In this document: piece by piece, positions 58,232 to 64,000 of the stretch
How positions within the stretch are numbered: position 1 is the stretch's first letter
Layout of the letters: every line of letters begins with the position of its first letter
Virus record (IMG/VR): IMGVR_UViG_3300046534_001374
Coordinates: 64,001 to 128,000 of that record
Direction: 5' to 3' (one strand)
From: a virus
Length of the DNA stretch: 64,000 bases
Position numbers and translations under genes: made by a program
Notes under the pieces: model-generated
What the model saw: only the letters and a program-made list of their open reading frames with translations
Told to the model about the DNA's origin: nothing
The model's database searches: none

Positions 58232-58825
58232 ATGATCCTAAAATTAAACAAAAACTATATACCTTGTGGTATGTGTTATTGGCAAGACGCTATGCACGGC
58301 CTTTTCAAGGGTAGTTTCACGGCATTTGATATAAACCTAGAGCCAGACGGGTCTACATCGGGGTTGGGTAGAATGGATTGGTCTCAATGGATCATGAAAC
58401 CTGTCGCGAACAACAGAGAAGCTAAATACATAGGAACTGTTGATCGTAGTATAGAAATACCACAAATTATAGTAGCTGAGAATTACAAGAAAACTGTAGT
58501 AAAAACACCTACGTTAACCAAGTCTCGTATATGGGAAAGGGACAACCATACATGCGTTTACACCGGAGTTAAACTTAAAAAAAGTGAGTTGTCTGTTGAT
58601 CATATAATTCCGATATCCCGTAATGGAAAAACCTCTTGGACCAATCTCGTCACCACATCTAGAAAAATAAACTCCCTGAAATCCGATTGGCTCTTGGGTG
58701 AAATTCCTAAGAGTATTCTGGATAAAATGGGTGTTATTGAATTGGGTTTATTATATAAGCCTTATAAACCAAAATCGGGATTTGTGTTCCCAAACCCCAC
58801 ACCAGAGCAATCCATGTTCCTATAG
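58232..58825 (+). CDS. HNH endonuclease
   Basis: 'L.LN..Y.P', 'RD..TC.YTG' and 'DHIIP.SR.G..SW.NLV.....N..K' motifs. Confidence 0.9.
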   Translation: MILKLNKNYIPCGMCYWQDAMHGLFKGSFTAFDINLEPDGSTSGLGRMDWSQWIMKPVANNREAKYIGTVDRSIEIPQIIVAENYKKTVVKTPTLTKSRIWERDNHTCVYTGVKLKKSELSVDHIIPISRNGKTSWTNLVTTSRKINSLKSDWLLGEIPKSILDKMGVIELGLLYKPYKPKSGFVFPNPTPEQSMFL

Positions 58826-58867
58826 AATATCTTCTTGTTTTTATAAAAATGGCTCATAATTAATTTT

Positions 58868-59581
58868 ATGGGCCATTCTTATGAGTTAGATGAAATCGAG
58901 GAGTATGTGAAATGTAGAGATGATATATTTTATTTCTCCGAGAAATAATTGAAAATAAAACTAACTCCGAATCAGGAAAGTATCGTTGACTCATACCAGA
59001 ACCACGCCAGAGTTTTGGTTGAATGCCCTCGAAGAAGAGGTAAGTCCACCGTTAATATGGTCTGGATGATTTGGAATTTAATTTTCCAAATGAACCACAA
59101 CACAGGGTTTGTGGGTCATAATAGTCATATAAACCACTTGCTATTTAATAATATCAGGAATGTGATAGGGGAACTTCCATCGTTCCTAAAATCAAGCATC
59201 GTGTTTGTTGGAGAGAAATTAATAGAAACCAAAGATAGATCTCGATTAATACTATTCACACCAAATACAAACTCGGTTAGAGGTCTTTCTTTGGATAACT
59301 TAATTTGGGAAGAGTATGATCACATAGAATGTGAGTCTACCTACACAGAAATCCTACAAAACATAACCCCCGCTGTTACTCATAGTGGTGGTAGTATATT
59401 TATGGTCGGTGGTTATATTAAACATCACCCTGCATTATTAAAATCGGAGGGGTGGCATCAATGTAAAGTTCCACTATTCAAAGGTAACGTATCCACCTTT
59501 TCCGAAGGAAGTAAAGTTGTGAATGAACGTATTCTACAACTGGGTGGCTTGAATACATTCCTTAGAGTTGAGTTGGGGTAA
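58868..59581 (+). pseudogene. Terminase-large ATPase-domain paralog interrupted by in-frame TAA (58946-48)
   Basis: MGHSYELDEIEEYVKCRDDIFYFSEK*LKIKLTPNQ...PRRRGKST...VRGLSLD.LIWEE. Confidence 0.7.
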
Positions 59582-59627
59582 ATAGTATAGTTTTTAAAAA
59601 AAACTATAAATTCCATATATAATTTAT

Positions 59628-61517
59628 ATGGAAGATGATAGACTGTGGGGAAAAAGCCAGATACCCGATGCCAAAATTATAACACAAAATAATTATCTAG
59701 GTAACGAAAAGTTGCTACAGAAAGGTTCGGTGATGGAGTTATTACCCGAACATATTTTGGAGTATAAGCGATGTAGAGAGTCCATTGAATACTTCGCGGA
59801 GAACTATTATACCATCCTTGTAAAGGGCACACAGAAGGAACTCATGCAGCTTTGGCCTATCCAAAGAGAGGCACTACAATTCTTCCAAGACCACAACAGG
59901 GTGGTTCTCAATGCGTCTAGGCAGACATCTAAAACTACAATGGTTGTCCTATTCATTTTATGGAAATTGATATTCTCTGACGGTATCCAACAGATCGGAT
60001 TGTTGGGAAACAAGTATGAATTGGCAAAACTAAACCTTAAAAAGGTTCAAGAAAGTTTCGAAGATCTACCGTATTTCCTTAAACCTTTCGTTGAGAAATG
60101 TAACGAAAGTGTTATTATATTGGATAACAAATGTCTATGCCGAATTACCTCTACTTCTTCTACTGCATTTCGAGGATCTACTATCACTAGTCTTATTATT
60201 GATGAAGCGGCATTCATTAATGCAAATGGACAATCGGGTCTTGATGAGGAGATTATGCAATCACTAACGCCTACATTGGAAGCAGCAGGAGATGATTCTT
60301 TTTGTATTCTAATATCAACACCCTTTGGTATGAATAATGTTTTTGCTAGATACTTCTTCAAAGCCAAGAAATATCAAAAACTTTTGCGAGACAAACCCGA
60401 TGCAACGGATGAAGACAAGAAGGGTATAAAAACAAAATACAAACCCTTTGAGATTTTATGGAGTGACCACCCAAAACGAGACCAAGACTGGTATGATGAC
60501 AGGATTATTGAGATGGGTTCGGAGCAAGCATTTTTTGTTGAATTCGGCGGCTCGTTCGATCTCGGTAGTAATCAAAAGAAGCTCTATGATAATGACTTTA
60601 AGAAAGAGGTGGAGTCTGATAAAGAAGATCCGATGTTCACCCAAACTAAAGATCTATCAGATGTAAATGACCCTAGAGATAAATCATTAAAGGTATGGGA
60701 ATATGCGGAACCAAACCACATTTACTCTGCGGGTGTTGATGTGGCAGAAGGTGTTGGCGGATGTTCTTCTACTATATGCATCACCGACATCACCGACCTA
60801 TATGACACCAAGCAAGTTGCGGAGTATGCTTGTGATTCTATTTTGGTCGAAGACTTCGCACTAGTATGTATTGATATTTTCAACAGATATAACCAATGCT
60901 ATGCCACTGTAGAGAACAACGGTAAAGGTGGTGGTGAGTTGATCACACTGCTGAAGAAGTTCCACCAGTATCCTAAATTGATATGCTACCATCATGATGA
61001 AAAAGCGAGAGATGCCATGAATAAAAACGGACAAGTTGGTATTACCAATCACCATAACACTAAAAAGAAAGTTATATCCAATGTTCGCCACTTCATTAAT
61101 AGCCGAAAACGAGGAGGTATCAGGGTAAAAACTATTACTATCAGATCCGAAAAACTTCTAGAAGAAATGGATACTTTCATCAGGCACGAAGGTTCTGGTT
61201 CGGGTAATGGTAATTGGAAACGAGAATCCCAAAGTGTTTATGACGATAGGGTTGATGCGTTTTGTTATTCGTTATTCCCACTACATCACGATATTGTGGA
61301 AAGATATTTCAATTTATCGGAACCGAAATTTGACGATGCTATGAAACCGTTTCATATTGTTTCCGAAAAGATGAAGGGTAACGGCGATACACGGAGGGAA
61401 CAAATGGCTTTACCTGCAAATAATACTACAGTCAATGTATCAATTTATTTTGGCTCTTCAAACACGCCTATAAATAACCCCGAAGATTCGGATTTAGACT
61501 GGTTGCGGAACTTTTAA
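59628..61517 (+). CDS. Terminase large subunit (gp17)
   Basis: YLGN, EY.RC, SRQTSKTT, IIDEAAFI, ISTP.G, GVDVAEG, VENN and DD.VDA motifs. Confidence 0.96.
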   Translation: MEDDRLWGKSQIPDAKIITQNNYLGNEKLLQKGSVMELLPEHILEYKRCRESIEYFAENYYTILVKGTQKELMQLWPIQREALQFFQDHNRVVLNASRQTSKTTMVVLFILWKLIFSDGIQQIGLLGNKYELAKLNLKKVQESFEDLPYFLKPFVEKCNESVIILDNKCLCRITSTSSTAFRGSTITSLIIDEAAFINANGQSGLDEEIMQSLTPTLEAAGDDSFCILISTPFGMNNVFARYFFKAKKYQKLLRDKPDATDEDKKGIKTKYKPFEILWSDHPKRDQDWYDDRIIEMGSEQAFFVEFGGSFDLGSNQKKLYDNDFKKEVESDKEDPMFTQTKDLSDVNDPRDKSLKVWEYAEPNHIYSAGVDVAEGVGGCSSTICITDITDLYDTKQVAEYACDSILVEDFALVCIDIFNRYNQCYATVENNGKGGGELITLLKKFHQYPKLICYHHDEKARDAMNKNGQVGITNHHNTKKKVISNVRHFINSRKRGGIRVKTITIRSEKLLEEMDTFIRHEGSGSGNGNWKRESQSVYDDRVDAFCYSLFPLHHDIVERYFNLSEPKFDDAMKPFHIVSEKMKGNGDTRREQMALPANNTTVNVSIYFGSSNTPINNPEDSDLDWLRNF

Positions 61518-61561
61518 GTTGAAAATTAAAAACCTTGCTTATTCTTAAATTCCCTAAAGCT

Positions 61562-61804
61562 CTAAAGGTTAGTCCCTTTAGAGCTTTTTTTGACTTCGAA
61601 GTCTAGGGATTTTAATATGTGTGAAATTGTGATTGTTTCGTCAAGTGATTGGAGTCTTTTGAGTTCTTCGCCTAAACAATCAATAAACTTGGGATCAAAT
61701 CCTCCAGCCTTTTTAATCTTTCGAGGATAGAAAACTCGTTTCTTTTCTACCCTGCTTTCTTCTTCGAGAACTTCTTTTTTAAAAATATCTTCAAACTGAC
61801 TCAT
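61562..61804 (-). CDS. Hypothetical late protein
   Basis: TAATTA 6 nt upstream. Confidence 0.6.
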   Translation of the reverse strand: MSQFEDIFKKEVLEEESRVEKKRVFYPRKIKKAGGFDPKFIDCLGEELKRLQSLDETITISHILKSLDFEVKKSSKGTNL

Positions 61805-61810
61805 GTTAAG

Positions 61811-61816
61811 TAATTA
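61811..61816. promoter_or_regulatory. Palindromic, apparently bidirectional late promoter TAATTA
   Basis: 6 nt from the - strand ATG (61804) and 5 nt from the + strand GTG (61822). Confidence 0.6.
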
Positions 61817-61821
61817 TCCTT

Positions 61822-62181
61822 GTGAAGGAGAAACAAAAAGATTTACCACAATTACCAAACCTCAGTAATAACAATTTAGAGACCTTGTTTTATGTTGATC
61901 AAGATGAAGAGGGTAACTATTTCTACGATCTTTCGGATACCATCTATGTTGAAACGGAGGGGATGAACCCGACCTATTACGTTGAGTATGATGTTCAATC
62001 CAATGATACTTTGTTTAGTATCGCCAAGAAGTTTTACGAAACCTATAACTTGTGGTGGGCTGTAGCTATTACCAACAACATAGATGACCCTTTCCAGTTG
62101 GGGGATATGGTGGGTGAAACTATCAAAATCCTAAAGAAGCCTGTATTAGGGCAGATGATGTCCATTATTGACAAGCAGTAA
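61822..62181 (+). CDS. LysM-containing baseplate wedge protein (gp53-like)
   Basis: 'Y.V..DTL..IA.KFY....LWW.VA..N.I.DP' motif. Confidence 0.85.
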   Translation: MKEKQKDLPQLPNLSNNNLETLFYVDQDEEGNYFYDLSDTIYVETEGMNPTYYVEYDVQSNDTLFSIAKKFYETYNLWWAVAITNNIDDPFQLGDMVGETIKILKKPVLGQMMSIIDKQ

Positions 62182-62195
62182 CTATAAATAAGAAT

Positions 62196-63161
62196 ATGCA
62201 AAGTTTTAAATTGTTTTTCGAACATTTCAGAAATTCTATTCTAGAAGAAAGTTTACAGTCTAGAATCGACGAGTTGGTTGGCTCTAATGTTTTCGGTGCT
62301 TTAGGTGAGGATTTCATTCAACAGAGATTTGAAGAGTATAAAACAAAAGGAGTAGTTCCCACAGAAAGACTTAATACTAGGAAGTCCGACAGAACAGGAC
62401 TTGAGATGATTGAACTTACGGAAAAAGACTATGAGGAAATCCTACCATTCGTATTCAAAATGGATAAAGAGGTTAGGGATAAAGTTATTGAGTTGGCTAA
62501 AGGCGACGATAAGAAATCTGGTAAAATTAATAAGTTCTACAATGGCTTAACCGTTAGACCAGTTTTCGAAGATGCTTCCCAGATCAAAGGAACCCTCACA
62601 AACTGGTTCGTATTTAGAAATAAAGATAACGATGTTCCCAAAAGTTTAAGATCGAAGATTGACTTCGGAACACTCGAAGCGGGAGTTGATAAGGCATTAG
62701 CCGAACAAAATGGAGAAGGGGATGATACTAAAAAGAGTGGTGGAGATCCCGACTATAATAAACCCGATGGCTTCTCTTTCATCCGAGAAGTTAACAACAT
62801 GCGTTTGTATAAATGGAATTCTATCGGAACTGTTTGTAGTTTAGATCCTACTGTTAAGAAGGACTGGCTTTCGATTAAGTTTGATGTTACAGGTAATGCT
62901 TCTAATAAATGGTGTGTAGCTGGCGACAGTGGTGAGTATCGTGATCAATACGGTGAGCCGGACGATAAAGGGGATTTTAAGTATCCATACTACATGGTTC
63001 GCAAAAAAGGTGATGGTGGTTACAGACCTTATGTTTTGATGCACGGAGAGACAAAGCAATGTAAAGATATAAATGATCACGCCATCGACGAGGAACTTGC
63101 AGAGGAGATTTATCCAGCTGTTCAAGGAATGCTTAAGCAGATTATCTTTAATAATTCATAA
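62196..63161 (+). CDS. Hypothetical late protein
   Basis: Exact T4 late promoter TATAAATA 5 nt before the ATG; 'M.SFK.F.E' N-terminus like T4-type head-internal proteins. Confidence 0.7.
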   Translation: MQSFKLFFEHFRNSILEESLQSRIDELVGSNVFGALGEDFIQQRFEEYKTKGVVPTERLNTRKSDRTGLEMIELTEKDYEEILPFVFKMDKEVRDKVIELAKGDDKKSGKINKFYNGLTVRPVFEDASQIKGTLTNWFVFRNKDNDVPKSLRSKIDFGTLEAGVDKALAEQNGEGDDTKKSGGDPDYNKPDGFSFIREVNNMRLYKWNSIGTVCSLDPTVKKDWLSIKFDVTGNASNKWCVAGDSGEYRDQYGEPDDKGDFKYPYYMVRKKGDGGYRPYVLMHGETKQCKDINDHAIDEELAEEIYPAVQGMLKQIIFNNS

Positions 63162-63165
63162 TATC

Positions 63166-63588
63166 ATGGGACCGGACATACAACAGTGGTTAGAATCTTC
63201 TTATGAAGATTTGAAACTTGCTTATGAAGATAAAGACAATTATAGTATAAATGTAATTGATAATAAAGACGAATATTATTTTGGCGTTTCTGTGGCCAAA
63301 AGGGGTGTTGGAGTATTCTTACATTTTTCAGTAAACACGGATATAGTAGAAGAGGTGGAACTCGATGGTTATGATGGTTATTATGATGACCAAGGTGATG
63401 ATGGTTATTATGATGACCAAGGTGATGATGATAAAGACTTTATGGCATTTAGCCAATTTTTCGAAAGAGAATCACTATACAACGCTAGATTCAAAAGAAG
63501 AACCTCTAACGAATGGGACCACGGTATAGTCTCTCACGATGTTAGAGGTGTCTGGAAAGAATTTACAGAATCGATTGAACAATACTAA
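63166..63588 (+). CDS. Acidic hypothetical protein with 27-bp duplication
   Basis: DGYYDDQGD x2 at 63373-63426. Confidence 0.6.
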   Translation: MGPDIQQWLESSYEDLKLAYEDKDNYSINVIDNKDEYYFGVSVAKRGVGVFLHFSVNTDIVEEVELDGYDGYYDDQGDDGYYDDQGDDDKDFMAFSQFFERESLYNARFKRRTSNEWDHGIVSHDVRGVWKEFTESIEQY

Positions 63589-63596
63589 TCCATAAT

Positions 63597-64000
63597 ATGA
63601 ATGCAGTGATTCCAGATATACCAACAGGCGAAGTCACATCTGAAGGTAAGCCTATTTTGAAGTTCGTTACTTTTGACGACATCAAAGAGGATTTTCTGCG
63701 AGCATTTAATTCCAATGCACCTTCCCCTATTGTTGATATATCAGATGAAGGTATATCTAAAATTGATTCTAGATTAAATAATTTTAATCCACAAGTTTCA
63801 TCAAAACAGTTTAATAGTGTGCAAGCCCTAGAGGGAATGGTTGATAATTTCCTAGACAAGATAGACTCGACCAATGGCGTTAGCTACTCCGAACACTCGG
63901 TGAACCCAGAAGTAGCCAGAATGTTCCCACAAGCCATGTTCACGCCCTCTACTGAGATTGTCATGAATGAAGTCAGGAATGACATGAGACAGTCTAGAAT
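63597..64000 (+). CDS. Partial hypothetical protein (runs off window)
   Basis: MNAVIPDIPTG...; frame open to the window end. Confidence 0.6.
   Translation, partial: MNAVIPDIPTGEVTSEGKPILKFVTFDDIKEDFLRAFNSNAPSPIVDISDEGISKIDSRLNNFNPQVSSKQFNSVQALEGMVDNFLDKIDSTNGVSYSEHSVNPEVARMFPQAMFTPSTEIVMNEVRNDMRQSR

Noticed and set aside
57271-58825. Group I intron in thyA with intron-encoded HNH
   Set aside because: thyA is continuous, and the HNH gene lies downstream with its own promoter.
58946-58948. Stop-codon reassignment (alternative genetic code)
   Set aside because: TAA terminates most genes normally and the long conserved genes are uninterrupted; this is a single isolated case.
63373-63426. 27-bp duplication as a functional element
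   Set aside because: A simple in-frame slippage in an acidic loop with no further structure.
1-64000. Integrase, reverse transcriptase, tRNA or rRNA genes
   Set aside because: No tyrosine-recombinase (R-H-R-Y) or RT motifs in the ORF track and no cloverleaf noticed by eye. tRNAscan was not run.

Overview
This 64-kb window is part of a large T4-like (myovirus) phage genome with scrambled gene order. Virion and packaging genes lie on both strands: gp13 neck, gp26-like hub, gp3, gp5 spike, gp18 sheath, gp19 tube, gp53, gp17 terminase, a GroES-like chaperonin and a spanin-like pair. A + strand replication/recombination block holds UvsY-like, UvsW, gp55, gp47, gp43, UvsX, gp41, gp32, gp45 and RNase H, with gp46 on the - strand. 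Accessory genes include PhoH, ThyA, MazG, a macrodomain, DUF1810, a 3D-domain protein and two homing-type nucleases. The standout feature is at 47.57-50.41 kb: six 118-132 bp imperfect palindromes with full integron attC architecture (R''/L''/L'/R' boxes, unpaired spacers, 2-3 extrahelical bases). They bound five 488-617 bp gene cassettes. In every cassette the R'' core is the exact reverse complement of the R' core that opens it, which is the footprint of integrase-mediated cassette insertion. No integrase gene is in the window. Four of the five cassettes also carry a convergent antisense ORF behind the phage's putative late-promoter motif. A seventh, shorter attC relative sits alone at 3.86 kb. 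Other observations: leaderless TAA(T/A/G)TA late promoters (one apparently bidirectional), a gp5 containing a transglycosylase and a circularly permuted amidase, an insertion in gp55, an interrupted terminase-ATPase paralog, and a candidate gene-32 autoregulatory pseudoknot. All product calls come from motif recognition by eye; no database searches were run.
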